Source: Candidatus Endomicrobiellum devescovinae (GTDB taxonomy: Bacteria; Elusimicrobiota; Endomicrobiia; Endomicrobiales; Endomicrobiaceae). From it: 64,000 nt of DNA. Where the stretch lies: the NCBI GenBank assembly GCA_031255495.1, contig JAIRSK010000020.1, forward strand, positions 9,367 through 73,366, read 5' to 3'. The position numbers were made by a program, and so were the translations under genes. Positions 26,731-36,124 of this stretch are shown here, in pieces. Each line of letters opens with the position of its first letter. Within the stretch, counting starts at the first letter, position 1. Under the pieces are notes generated by a model. The model was not told where the DNA came from. It did not search any database and was given only the letters and a program-made list of their open reading frames with translations.

Positions 26731-27943
26731 AAGATTTTACCTCGGCATTAAAACCACCAGACGCAAGTTTTATGTTCACAATATCGCCTTTTTTGACTTC
26801 GTTTGAATTTTTAATAATTTTATTATTGCTGTCAAAACAAATTGAAAAGCCTCTTTCCAAAACAGCCAAAGGTGACAATATATTTAATTTATGAGCGGCA
26901 TTTTTCAATCTTTCAGATTTCGTTTCAAAAAGTCTTTCTGCATTATTTTTAAGTCTTTCGCCCATATCATCAACGTAAGCTATTTTATCTTCATATATTA
27001 AGTGCGGCTTTATTAAACTTCTTGAAGACTTCAATCTTTTAAATCGCTCAAGATAATTGTTGAATATTAAATCCATTGCGTCGTTTAAAGAATTTCGCAA
27101 CTGGTCTACTTGTCCGGATATAACGCTTCTTTTCCTTAAAACCATTTCTACTGCTGCAGACGGAGTCGGCGCTCGCATATCTGCAACAAAATCTGCTATT
27201 GTAAAGTCCACTTCATGCCCGACACAAGAAATCGTAGGTATTTTAGAGTTAAAAATTGCTCTAGCCACAACTTCTGTGTTAAACGCCCACAAATCTTCTA
27301 TTGAACCGCCACCGCGACCAATAAGAAGAACATCTAAATCTTTATAATTATCGTTTAAGTATTTTATAGCTTTTGTGATTTCCTTTTCAGCCTCGCTCCC
27401 CTGCACTCTTGCAGGACATATCAAAACTTCAACATCAATTTTCAAATTATATATAACGCGCAAAATATCATGTAAAGCTGCGCCGTCTTGAGAAGTAACA
27501 ACTCCAATTTTATTTACAATATCAGGAATTGTTTTTTTTACACTTTCGTCAAACAAACCTTCCAAATCAAGTTTTTTCTTAAGTTTCTCATATGCCTCGT
27601 AAAGTTCACCTTTACCATACTGCTCCATATGGTTTACAATAATCTGGTAATCGCCATATTTAGGGTATGAGCTGACTCTCCCATAAACTAAAACTTTCAT
27701 ACCGTCTTCAGGAGCAAAAGTCAACCCTGTATTTGCATTTTGAAACATTACGGCTTTTATTTGAGCGTTAGCGTCTTTAACACTAAAATACATATGCCCT
27801 GAGTTGTAAAGTTTAAAGTTTGAAATCTCGCCTTGTACCCAAACACATGGATAAGAATCTTCCAAAATAAGCTTTATTTCAGCGCTTATTTGAGAAACAG
27901 TATAAATCAAACGCTCGTCATTATCGCTATTCTCAATTCTCAT
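26723..27943 (-). CDS. xseA: exodeoxyribonuclease VII large subunit
   Basis: 406 aa; VSQISAEIK..LE.....VWVQGEISNFK...SGHMYFSVKD; GRGGGSIEDLWAFN. Confidence 0.93.
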   Translation of the reverse strand: MRIENSDNDERLIYTVSQISAEIKLILEDSYPCVWVQGEISNFKLYNSGHMYFSVKDANAQIKAVMFQNANTGLTFAPEDGMKVLVYGRVSSYPKYGDYQIIVNHMEQYGKGELYEAYEKLKKKLDLEGLFDESVKKTIPDIVNKIGVVTSQDGAALHDILRVIYNLKIDVEVLICPARVQGSEAEKEITKAIKYLNDNYKDLDVLLIGRGGGSIEDLWAFNTEVVARAIFNSKIPTISCVGHEVDFTIADFVADMRAPTPSAAVEMVLRKRSVISGQVDQLRNSLNDAMDLIFNNYLERFKRLKSSRSLIKPHLIYEDKIAYVDDMGERLKNNAERLFETKSERLKNAAHKLNILSPLAVLERGFSICFDSNNKIIKNSNEVKKGDIVNIKLASGGFNAEVKSYD

Positions 27944-27946
27944 ATT

Positions 27947-29491
27947 TTATTTGGCTATATCTTGCGCTCTTGTTTCCCTTATTACCGTTATTTTGATTTG
28001 TCCTGGATATTCAAGCTCTTGCTCAACTTTCTTGGCTATATCATGAGCCAAAACTTGAGCTTGCTTGTCGTCAACATGTTCAGGCTCAACAAGTATTCTT
28101 ACTTCTCTTCCAGCTTGGACGGCATAAGCTAAAGAAACACCTTGAAATTCTTTAGCCACTTTTTCAAGCTTCTCAAGACGCTTTAAATAATGCTCTACAG
28201 ACTCTCTTCTTGCTCCAGGTCTTGCAGCCGAAATTGCGTCTGCAGCAGCTATTACAAAAGCTTCAGGGCTTGCAGGAGCTTCAATTCCTTCATGGTGCGA
28301 CAAAATAGCATTTATCATCTTTTGAGATTCACCGTATTTCTTAGCTATATCCGCAGAAATCTGATGATGAGTTCCCTCAACTTCGTGGTCAACAGCTTTA
28401 CCTATATCGTGGAGCAAAGCTGCTTTCTTGCAAAACATAACGTCCAGACCAAGCTCCCCAGCTATAGCGCCAGCAAGCCATGTAACTTCTAGGGTGTGCT
28501 GAAGCTGGTTCTGACCATAAGACGTTCTATATTTTAATTTGCCCAACAATTTAATTATCTCAAGGTTAAGACCCGGAACGCCTGCGTCAATAGCAGCCTG
28601 TTCACCGATTTCTTTAAGGTGCTGGTCCATTTCCCTTTTAACTTTTGCAACAACTTCTTCAATTCTGGCAGGGTGTATTCTACCGTCCGCTATCAATCTT
28701 TCCAATGCAATTTTAGCCGTCTGTCTTCTTACGCCATCAAAAGCAGAAATAGTAATAGCTTCTGGAGTGTCATCAACTATCAAGTCCACTCCTGTGGCTT
28801 GTTCAAAAGCTCTTATATTTCTTCCTTCTCTACCTATAATTCTTCCTTTAATTTCGTCGCTAGGTATTTGAACGGTTGAAGTAGTAATATCTGCTGTATG
28901 GTCTGCAGCTATGCGTTGTATTGCAATGGAAAGAATTTCTTTTGATTTCTTATCCGCATTTTCGCGAGTTTCTTGTTCAAGTTTCTGAGCTAAAATAGCC
29001 GCATCTTGTCTTGCTTCTTTTTCCATCTCGTTTATTAGCGTCTTCTTGGCTTCTTCTCTTGTCATTCCTGATACGCGTTCCAAAACTTTTTTCTGTTCTT
29101 CTTTTATTCTGTCAACTTCGGAAAACTTTATTGTAAGATGATGTTCTTTGTTTGAAATTTCTTTCTCTTTACCTGCTAAATCTTTTTCTTTCCTATCTAT
29201 GGCGTCCATCTTGCGCTCTAAATTCTCTTCGCGCTGATTGATTCTATTTTCCATGTTTTGGACTGATTGTTTTCTTTCTTTTATATCAAGCTCAAACTCT
29301 TTTCTTTCTTTATCAACTATGACTTTTGCTTCAAGCAAAGCCTCTTTTGTTTTAGTCTCCGCAACCATTTTTGCTTCTTTTATTATTCTTTCTGAGACTT
29401 GCTCTGCAGATTTTGCGTTTACTTTTGCATAAACTAGACGCAAAACATATCCTGTAATTGCCGCTAAAACTCCTATAATAATCGCTCCCAT
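27947..29491 (-). CDS. rny: ribonuclease Y
   Basis: 514 aa; N-terminal TM; long coiled coil; KH ([13 protein letters not shown]) and HD (LLHDIGKA) domains. Confidence 0.95.
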   Translation of the reverse strand: MGAIIIGVLAAITGYVLRLVYAKVNAKSAEQVSERIIKEAKMVAETKTKEALLEAKVIVDKERKEFELDIKERKQSVQNMENRINQREENLERKMDAIDRKEKDLAGKEKEISNKEHHLTIKFSEVDRIKEEQKKVLERVSGMTREEAKKTLINEMEKEARQDAAILAQKLEQETRENADKKSKEILSIAIQRIAADHTADITTSTVQIPSDEIKGRIIGREGRNIRAFEQATGVDLIVDDTPEAITISAFDGVRRQTAKIALERLIADGRIHPARIEEVVAKVKREMDQHLKEIGEQAAIDAGVPGLNLEIIKLLGKLKYRTSYGQNQLQHTLEVTWLAGAIAGELGLDVMFCKKAALLHDIGKAVDHEVEGTHHQISADIAKKYGESQKMINAILSHHEGIEAPASPEAFVIAAADAISAARPGARRESVEHYLKRLEKLEKVAKEFQGVSLAYAVQAGREVRILVEPEHVDDKQAQVLAHDIAKKVEQELEYPGQIKITVIRETRAQDIAK

Positions 29492-29501
29492 CTTTCACTC
29501 C

Positions 29502-30092
29502 TCACTTTATAGTTTGTATGATCCTTTGCTCAGTAACGATAGTTCCAATCGGCAGATCATGTTTTCCGATTGGAAGTTTGTCCGTAATTTGAAAATCATA
29601 AGCAAGACCTACCGTCTTGCTTAAAGGCACGTCTTTTAACCATCTATCGTAATAGCCCTTACCGTAACCAAGTCTGTAGCCCGAAAGATCAAAAGCAATC
29701 CCTGGGATCAAAGCTAAATCAATAGAATCTTTTGAAGCAACATCGTCCGAATTTACTTCAGGCTGCCTTATTCCATAAACTAACTGATTGGCGTCTTCAA
29801 GCCCTACTATTCTTACAGTCTGCATAAACGAATCTCCGGGATTTTTTATCGCAGGAACAACAACATTTTTCCCTTCTTCAATAGCTGACTTCACAATAAA
29901 ATCAGTTATTACCTCAGAACCATAAGACAAGTAAATCATAAGAGTATTCGCCTGTTCGTATAGAGAAAACTTTTTAAGTGCGGCAAGAATAGCAGTACTG
30001 CAAACTAAAGCCGAAGTCGGATCAAGCCTGTTTCTCATAGACAAAAACTCAGATCTCACTTTTCTTTTTTCTAATTCCAAGTAATCGTTCAC
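29502..30092 (-). CDS. 5-formyltetrahydrofolate cyclo-ligase
   Basis: LIPGIAFDLSGYRLGYGKGYYDRWL motif. Track ORF (to 30230) overlaps rarA by 182 nt. GTG at 30092 is preceded by GAGGG (8-nt spacing) and restores the usual N-terminus (LEKRKVRSEFLSMRNRL). The start remains uncertain. Confidence 0.8.
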   Translation of the reverse strand: MNDYLELEKRKVRSEFLSMRNRLDPTSALVCSTAILAALKKFSLYEQANTLMIYLSYGSEVITDFIVKSAIEEGKNVVVPAIKNPGDSFMQTVRIVGLEDANQLVYGIRQPEVNSDDVASKDSIDLALIPGIAFDLSGYRLGYGKGYYDRWLKDVPLSKTVGLAYDFQITDKLPIGKHDLPIGTIVTEQRIIQTIK

Positions 30093-31368
30093 GTATTTTA
30101 CCCTCGTAGCCTTCTTTTGTAGGCGTATAAAGTTCCACAGGATCTGTCCAATATTCCTGTTTGACATAATGTCCTTCAAAATCGTGTGGATACTTGTAGC
30201 CTTTTCCGTGCCCCAGCTCTTTTCTGTCAAGAGTTGCGTCTTTTAAGTGATTCGGAACGTTTCTATCTTTGCCATTTTTAACCTCCGCCAACGCATTCTC
30301 AATTGCTAAGTAAGAAGCGTTAGATTTTGGAGCGCATGCAACATAAATAGCTGCCTGAGCTAAAATAATCCTCGCTTCAGGCATACCTACAAACTCAATA
30401 GCATTAAGAGCAGAAACGGCAAGAGTCAAGGCTCTAGGATCCGCTATGCCTACGTCTTCAGAAGCACAAATTATTATTCTTCTAGCGATAAAACGGGGAT
30501 CTTCCCCAGCGGCAAGCATCTTTGCCAACCAATAAGCAGTTGCGTCAGGATCTGTTCCTCTCATTGATTTTATAAACGCCGAGATATGATCGTAGTGAGC
30601 GTCTCCTGAACGATCATAAACAACTGCTTTTTTCTGCATTGATTCTTGAGCCACGTTTATGTCAAAAAACCTGACACCGTCCTTATTTACTTTTGTTGAA
30701 AGAACGCCTATTTCAAGAGCATTGAGAAGCTTTCTTGCATCGCCACCCGAATTGGCAATAAGATGTTTTTTTGCTTCTTCGGACATTCTGACATTGTACT
30801 TGCCAAGACCTTTATCTTTATTATTCAGAGCCGACTCCATAATCGCATATAAAGCTTTTTGCGACAAAGAATTAAACTCAAAAACAGTGCTTCTTGAAAT
30901 AATCGCCGCATTAATATAAAAAAACGGGTTTTCTGTTGTTATTCCTATTAGGGTTATGATTCCTCTTTCAACATCTGGAAGTAAAGCGTCTTGCTGAGAA
31001 CGATTAAAATGATGAATTTCATCAAGCATCAAGATAGTCTTTTTACCTGATAGTTCCGACCTAGATTTAGCTGACTCTATTATTTTTCTTATGTCGGATA
31101 TTCCTATAGTTACAGCATTTGCTTCTTCAAAATATGATTTTGTTTTTGAAGCTATTATTCTCGCCAATGCACTCTTTCCGCTTCCAGGTGGTCCAAAAAA
31201 TATAACAGAACCAAGATTGTCGGCTTCTATGGCGCGGCGCAACAGCTTGTCGTTTCCGACAATGTTGTCCTGTCCCATAAACTCTTCAAAGCCACAAGGC
31301 GCCATTCTTGCCGCCAATGGTTTATTTTTTTGGCTTGCCGCCTCACTAAAAAAATCTGTTTGTTTCAT
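30049..31368 (-). CDS. rarA: replication-associated recombination protein A (AAA+ ATPase)
   Basis: 439 aa; FFGPPGSGKSALA Walker A, LMLDEIHHFN Walker B, and the C-terminal MgsA domain (YDHISAFIKSMRGTDPDA). Confidence 0.93.
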   Translation of the reverse strand: MKQTDFFSEAASQKNKPLAARMAPCGFEEFMGQDNIVGNDKLLRRAIEADNLGSVIFFGPPGSGKSALARIIASKTKSYFEEANAVTIGISDIRKIIESAKSRSELSGKKTILMLDEIHHFNRSQQDALLPDVERGIITLIGITTENPFFYINAAIISRSTVFEFNSLSQKALYAIMESALNNKDKGLGKYNVRMSEEAKKHLIANSGGDARKLLNALEIGVLSTKVNKDGVRFFDINVAQESMQKKAVVYDRSGDAHYDHISAFIKSMRGTDPDATAYWLAKMLAAGEDPRFIARRIIICASEDVGIADPRALTLAVSALNAIEFVGMPEARIILAQAAIYVACAPKSNASYLAIENALAEVKNGKDRNVPNHLKDATLDRKELGHGKGYKYPHDFEGHYVKQEYWTDPVELYTPTKEGYEGKIRERLLGIRKKKSEI

Positions 31369-31375
31369 AAAATAG

Positions 31376-31527
31376 AAAAACCCGCAATGCCGTTAGTTTT
31401 AACCAGTTTAAAGCCCTCTTTGTTTAAGTGAGATACAGTGGCATAAGCCCACGAGCATACGCTCGACTGCTGTTCTCTAAAGTTGACTTGTAGGAATAAA
31501 CCGACTAAAACATCACCAACATCGCAG
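31376..31527 (-). ncRNA. ssrS: 6S RNA
   Basis: About 150-nt non-coding gap downstream of zapA and upstream of the rarA/5-FCL genes, matching the zapA-ssrS-5-FCL neighbourhood known from E. coli. On the minus strand, the 5' arm CUGCGAUGUUGGUGAUGUUUUAGUCGG pairs with the 3' arm CUGGUUAAAACUAACGGCAUUGCGGG over ~25 bp, with many G-U pairs valid on this strand only. Internal hairpin CGAGC-GUAU-GCUCG. TATAAT at 31536-31531. Ends in U5. Confidence 0.6.
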
Positions 31528-31544
31528 ATTATTATAAAAATATT

Positions 31545-31835
31545 TCAATTCGCGTAATCGGACTCGTCAAGTTGCCTAATTAGGTCTCTAATTTTCTTAT
31601 CATAATTATTTGAAATACTTTCTTGCAAATCTCTTAATTTAAGCAGTTCTGCCGCTATTTTCACAGCGGTTAAAGCCGCTATTTTCTGCGTGTCGGGCAC
31701 ATTAAAATTCTCTTTTTTTACTTCAATCCACTGCTCATTTACAAAATTTACGACCCTGTTAAAACTCAATTCATCTAAATTGTCTATATTAAATTCTATA
31801 TCTCTTCCCATTATTCTTTCGCGGGTAGTAGCCAT
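31545..31835 (-). CDS. zapA: cell division protein ZapA
   Basis: Start taken at ATG 31835 (MATTRERIMGRDIEF), 1 nt after the upstream stop. FNRVVNFVNEQW...KIAALTAVKIAAELLKLRD is typical ZapA. Confidence 0.8.
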   Translation of the reverse strand: MATTRERIMGRDIEFNIDNLDELSFNRVVNFVNEQWIEVKKENFNVPDTQKIAALTAVKIAAELLKLRDLQESISNNYDKKIRDLIRQLDESDYAN

Positions 31836-31836
31836 A

Positions 31837-32067
31837 TTACGAAACCCTTGCCGTATCAATCTTTTTCATTATTCTTTCTACTCTAGAGACTGTTTCTTTT
31901 GCGTTTCTTTTTAATGCCGCATATTCGCTTACAATGCTCCTATTGCGTTCATTTTCTTTTCTCAAATATTCAACTTCCAACTTTAATTTATGGTTTTCAT
32001 TCGTAAATTTTTTTAAATTTTCAGCTGCTTTTCTAACTTTAACAGCTAAAATTTCAATATTTTCCAT
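31837..32067 (-). CDS. small coiled-coil protein (ZapB-like)
   Basis: 76 aa, entirely heptad-like (LKKFTNENHKLKLEVEYLRKENERNRS); immediately upstream of zapA. Confidence 0.4.
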   Translation of the reverse strand: MENIEILAVKVRKAAENLKKFTNENHKLKLEVEYLRKENERNRSIVSEYAALKRNAKETVSRVERIMKKIDTARVS

Positions 32068-32180
32068 GCCAATATTCTATAAATTGCCCTAATGAATGTC
32101 AATGCGTTATTTTATATTTATGAAACATTTATATATGCCTAATCTTCCAGTTAGAACCTAAAAATTTATATATAAAATAA

Positions 32181-32216
32181 AAAACGAACGGACAAAGTAT
32201 ATTATCCGTTCGTTTT
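32181..32216 (-). terminator. rho-independent terminator after porB
   Basis: AAAACGAACGGA...TCCGTTCGTTTT, perfect 12-nt arms. On the minus strand it is followed by a TTTTTTATTTT run. Confidence 0.75.
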
Positions 32217-32242
32217 AAATATTGAAATTTACTAATAAAAAT

Positions 32243-33178
32243 CTATGCCTGACAGCCTGCTGAAGCTTTACGTTGCAAAAGCTCCCAACTGTTGTCAACA
32301 TTTTTCTGAATAGCTTCAAGAATTGGAGCATTCTCAGGCTTGAAAAGATGTTTGAATCTACCCTGAGGCTTTAAGAACTCCGTTACAGGTTTCTTTTCTT
32401 TGGGCATAACGTTTATTTTGTAAACACCATACTCAACTTCAAAAGAAGGCCAAATACAGGTTTCAACAGCAAGTCTTGCAAGAGACATTGTATCTTCAGG
32501 CTTATAGTTCCAGCCCAGTCTGCATGGCGTCAAAATATTTATAAACGACGAGCCGTCTATTGATAAAGCTTTTTGTACTTTTGTTATAAAGTCGTTCCAG
32601 TTTCCAACATACGCTTGAGCGACATAAGGAATATTATGAGCTACCATTATCTGTGTTAAATCTTTTTTGTTCTGCTCTTTTCCTTGGTGGGCTTTTCCAG
32701 CGGGAGCTGTGGTTGTATGCGCACCGAGAGGCGTTGCTCCAGATCTCTGTATGCCAGTGTTCATATATGCTTCGTTGTTGTAGCATATATAAAGCATTCT
32801 ATGCCCTCTTTCCATAGCTCCTGATAAAGACTGCAAACCTATATCGTACGTGCCGCCGTCACCGCCAAATGCAATAAATCTGATATCTTCCGTTATTTTT
32901 CCCTGCTTCTTTAAACTTCTGTAAGCTGTTTCTATACCGCTACATGTCGCCGCAGAATTTTCAAAAGCACTGTGAAAAAAGGAATTTTTCCAAGCCGTAT
33001 AGGGGAAGATAGTAGTAGAAACTTCCAAACAACCAGTCGCACTGGTAACAACGACCGGCGTGTTCCCTACAGCTATCATAGCCTGTCTAGCGACTATACC
33101 TGCTCCGCAACCTGCACAAAGACGATGTCCGCCTGTTACACGTTCCGGATTTTTACTCAAATCTTTTAAATTTGCCAT
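32243..33178 (-). CDS. porB: pyruvate:ferredoxin (2-oxoacid) oxidoreductase beta subunit (TPP-binding)
   Basis: 311 aa; CAGCG, GGDGGTYDIG TPP motif. Confidence 0.9.
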   Translation of the reverse strand: MANLKDLSKNPERVTGGHRLCAGCGAGIVARQAMIAVGNTPVVVTSATGCLEVSTTIFPYTAWKNSFFHSAFENSAATCSGIETAYRSLKKQGKITEDIRFIAFGGDGGTYDIGLQSLSGAMERGHRMLYICYNNEAYMNTGIQRSGATPLGAHTTTAPAGKAHQGKEQNKKDLTQIMVAHNIPYVAQAYVGNWNDFITKVQKALSIDGSSFINILTPCRLGWNYKPEDTMSLARLAVETCIWPSFEVEYGVYKINVMPKEKKPVTEFLKPQGRFKHLFKPENAPILEAIQKNVDNSWELLQRKASAGCQA

Positions 33179-33214
33179 TTTATATCTCCTAAAAGCTTAA
33201 GCTTTTAAAGCTTT

Positions 33215-34420
33215 CTATTTCTTTCTTACGTTTATATATTCTACTTGATTAGCTGGATTTTGGGCTCCTGAAGCTATCTTGTCAAGAGTCTCATAAACCT
33301 CAGATATATGCTTAGTATTGATTTCTCTTCCGCCAAGTCCATAAACATAATTTACAACTTTAGGGGTTGTAACTCCTGCAGCGTACAAAGAGGACACAAC
33401 ATCCGCATGTAGAGGAGCAAAAGCTCCCGAGCAAGAATCAGCTCTATCCAACACAGCTATAGCTTTTACATGAGCCAAATCTTTGGCAATCTGTTCCGTT
33501 GGGAAAGGTCTGAAAACTCTTATTTTCAAAAGACCGGCTTTAATACCTTTTTCTCTTAATTCGTTTACAACAACTTTTGCAGTTCCAGCTGTTGATCCGA
33601 TAACTACTATTGCAATTTCAGCGTCGTCAAGCATAAATTTCTCATACATTTCATACTTACGTCCAAACGTTTTCTCAAAGTCTTTGGCTACGTTTAAGAT
33701 TATGTCTTTTGAGTCTCTCATAGCTTGAGCAAGCTGGTATCTATGTTCAAAGTAATAGTCTTGCAAGTCAATTGAACCTAAAGTGTAAGGCTTTTTGGTG
33801 TCCAATAAGTATCTTTCAGGCTTATACTCACCTACAAAAGCTTTTACATCAGCGTCTGGATAGAGCTCTACTACTTCCATACAGTGAGAAATAATAAATC
33901 CATCGGTCGTTACAAGCGTAGGAAGTTTTGCCTTTTCAGCAATTCTTGTAGCTTGAATCATATTGTCATAAGCCTCTTGAGAATTTTCTGAATAAATTTG
34001 AATCCAGCCTGAATCTCTTGCACCCATTGTATCTGACTGGTCGCCGTGAATATTAAGAGGAGCGGAAATCGCTCTGTTAACTTCTGCCATAACTATAGGA
34101 AGCCTCAATCCCGAAGCGATGTAGAGCATTTCCCACATAAGGCATAATCCTTGCGAAGAAGTACCAGTCATAGCTCTAGCTCCAGCTGCAGAAGCCGCTA
34201 TAGTCGCTGACATTGCAGAATGTTCGCTTTCAACAGCTACATACTCGCTTTTTACAACGCCATCTGCGACAAACTGTGAGAATATCTGCACAATTTCTGT
34301 CGCAGGGGTTATAGGATACGCCGCTACTACATCCGGCTCTATTTGGCGCATTGCTTCCGCCATAACTTCGTTGCCTGTTTTTGCAACAAGTTTACCTTTT
34401 GAAAAAACTGTCTTTATCAT
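33215..34420 (-). CDS. porA: pyruvate:ferredoxin oxidoreductase alpha subunit
   Basis: 401 aa; GNEVMAEA...YPITPATEI...ESEHSAMS. Confidence 0.9.
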   Translation of the reverse strand: MIKTVFSKGKLVAKTGNEVMAEAMRQIEPDVVAAYPITPATEIVQIFSQFVADGVVKSEYVAVESEHSAMSATIAASAAGARAMTGTSSQGLCLMWEMLYIASGLRLPIVMAEVNRAISAPLNIHGDQSDTMGARDSGWIQIYSENSQEAYDNMIQATRIAEKAKLPTLVTTDGFIISHCMEVVELYPDADVKAFVGEYKPERYLLDTKKPYTLGSIDLQDYYFEHRYQLAQAMRDSKDIILNVAKDFEKTFGRKYEMYEKFMLDDAEIAIVVIGSTAGTAKVVVNELREKGIKAGLLKIRVFRPFPTEQIAKDLAHVKAIAVLDRADSCSGAFAPLHADVVSSLYAAGVTTPKVVNYVYGLGGREINTKHISEVYETLDKIASGAQNPANQVEYINVRKK

Positions 34421-34457
34421 TTCATTTAACCCCTTGAGGCAAAAAGCCTCTTAATAA

Positions 34458-34775
34458 TTATTTCTTTTCTTGTTCCATTGTAATAGCTTGAACTTTAACG
34501 GGACATTCTTTAGAGCAAATTCCGCAACCCTTGCAGTGATCGTAATCTATCCCCGTGACAACTGTTCCTTTTTTTTCGTCTGGAGCAATTTTTATGGAAG
34601 CATCAGGGCATGAAATCCAACAAGTTAAGCAATGTATGCACTTATCTTTGTTCCATACAGGTCTTATTGAACGCCAGCTCCCAGTATCAAAAGCTGTGGC
34701 TGTTCCCGGTTCTACATAATCCCCAACGGGGAGTTCCGCAGCAGTCAATTTTTTATTAGTACTTTCTTTATTCAC
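34458..34775 (-). CDS. porD: pyruvate:ferredoxin oxidoreductase delta subunit (2x[4Fe-4S])
   Basis: 105 aa; CIHCLTCWISCP and CKGCGICSKECP ferredoxin motifs. Confidence 0.9.
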   Translation of the reverse strand: MNKESTNKKLTAAELPVGDYVEPGTATAFDTGSWRSIRPVWNKDKCIHCLTCWISCPDASIKIAPDEKKGTVVTGIDYDHCKGCGICSKECPVKVQAITMEQEKK

Positions 34776-34820
34776 TTTATTCCTCCAAGGAGCAAAAGGC
34801 TCCCTATAGTATTTTTAAAT

Positions 34821-35402
34821 TTAACGGCTTTTTACTTCGTCAAAAGCGCGTTTTATAGATGAAAGATTCCCATCTATAACTTCAGGTTTGTGTCTGAATT
34901 TTGCCATAAGTTTACCTTTTGTATCTTCAAGAACACCGTTAATATCAAGTGTTCCTATTACTTTGACTAAAGCTCCAAGCATAGGCGTATTTGGTATGTC
35001 TTTTCCTATTGTTTCACGGGCTATTTGGCTTGCATTTACAACATAAACCTGATTTGCATCAATTCCGAGCTTTTTAGCAATTTCATCTGAGCTGAAAGAA
35101 GTATTTACTATAACTTTGCCGGTAGTTCCTATACCGTCTGTAACCGGCACTGATTCCATAAGAGAAGGATCCAATATAACAACATAGTTGGGATTTGTAA
35201 CGCCTGAATGAATTGTTATAGGGTCTTCGCTTACTCTATTGAAAGACTGAACTGGCGCTCCCATTCTCTCCGGACCGTATTCAGGAAAAGCCTGAATATA
35301 CTTACCTGTTGCTAAAACAGCTTCGGCAAATAAAAGCGCTGCTGTTTTTGCGCCTTGTCCGCCGCGTCCGTGCCAACGGACTTCAATCATTTTTGCTGAC
35401 AT
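34821..35402 (-). CDS. porC: pyruvate:ferredoxin oxidoreductase gamma subunit
   Basis: 193 aa; IEVRWHGRGGQGAKTAALL motif; first gene of the gamma-delta-alpha-beta order. Confidence 0.9.
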   Translation of the reverse strand: MSAKMIEVRWHGRGGQGAKTAALLFAEAVLATGKYIQAFPEYGPERMGAPVQSFNRVSEDPITIHSGVTNPNYVVILDPSLMESVPVTDGIGTTGKVIVNTSFSSDEIAKKLGIDANQVYVVNASQIARETIGKDIPNTPMLGALVKVIGTLDINGVLEDTKGKLMAKFRHKPEVIDGNLSSIKRAFDEVKSR

Positions 35403-35526
35403 TTTTATGCTCCTTTATTGAGAAGTAAAAAGCAAACAACGACATCAGATTAAGCTTATTTAAAGCTCTTTTCCAATCTCGCTTCTTCTTTTTACACTAA
35501 TTAATTTTGAGTTTAAAGAACACTCT

Positions 35527-36123
35527 TTACATCTCTTTGCGACCTGCAATTGCACGTGAAATAGTTACCTCATCGGCATATTCAATATCCCCGCCAACGG
35601 GTAAACCATATCCAAGCCTTGTTACTTTAATACCTAGTTTTTTTATAAGTTCCGCGAGGTAAACTGCAGTCATTTCGCCTTTAGAATCGGTATCGGTAGC
35701 AATTATTACCTCACTAATGTTATCACTTTTTAGTCGTTTTATCAAATTGTCAATTCTTATATCATCAGGACCTACTGCATCTAAAGGAGACAACGCTCCG
35801 CCAAGAACAAAATAGAGACCTTTATAATCCTTAACTTTGCTTACTGCTATTAAATCTTGAGGAGTTTCAACTACGCAAACAGTATTGCGATCTCTTGCTG
35901 AATCAGAACATACAGGACATGGGTCATGTTCACTTAGGTTATAGCAAATGCTACAACTTTTCATTGTCTGCCTTGCTTTGAGTATAGAATCTACAAGCCT
36001 GCTTACCTCATTCTCTGACATCTTTAATATATGATAACTTAAGCGTTCTGCCATTTTTGGTCCTACTCCCGGCATCCTTTTTATTATTTCAATCATTCTT
36101 TCTATGGATTGAGGTCTGTTCAT
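35527..36123 (-). CDS. recR: recombination protein RecR
   Basis: 198 aa; LPGVGPKMAERL (HhH), CSICYNLSE..CPVC zinc finger, Toprim VCVVE. Confidence 0.95.
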   Translation of the reverse strand: MNRPQSIERMIEIIKRMPGVGPKMAERLSYHILKMSENEVSRLVDSILKARQTMKSCSICYNLSEHDPCPVCSDSARDRNTVCVVETPQDLIAVSKVKDYKGLYFVLGGALSPLDAVGPDDIRIDNLIKRLKSDNISEVIIATDTDSKGEMTAVYLAELIKKLGIKVTRLGYGLPVGGDIEYADEVTISRAIAGRKEM

Positions 36124-36124
36124 A

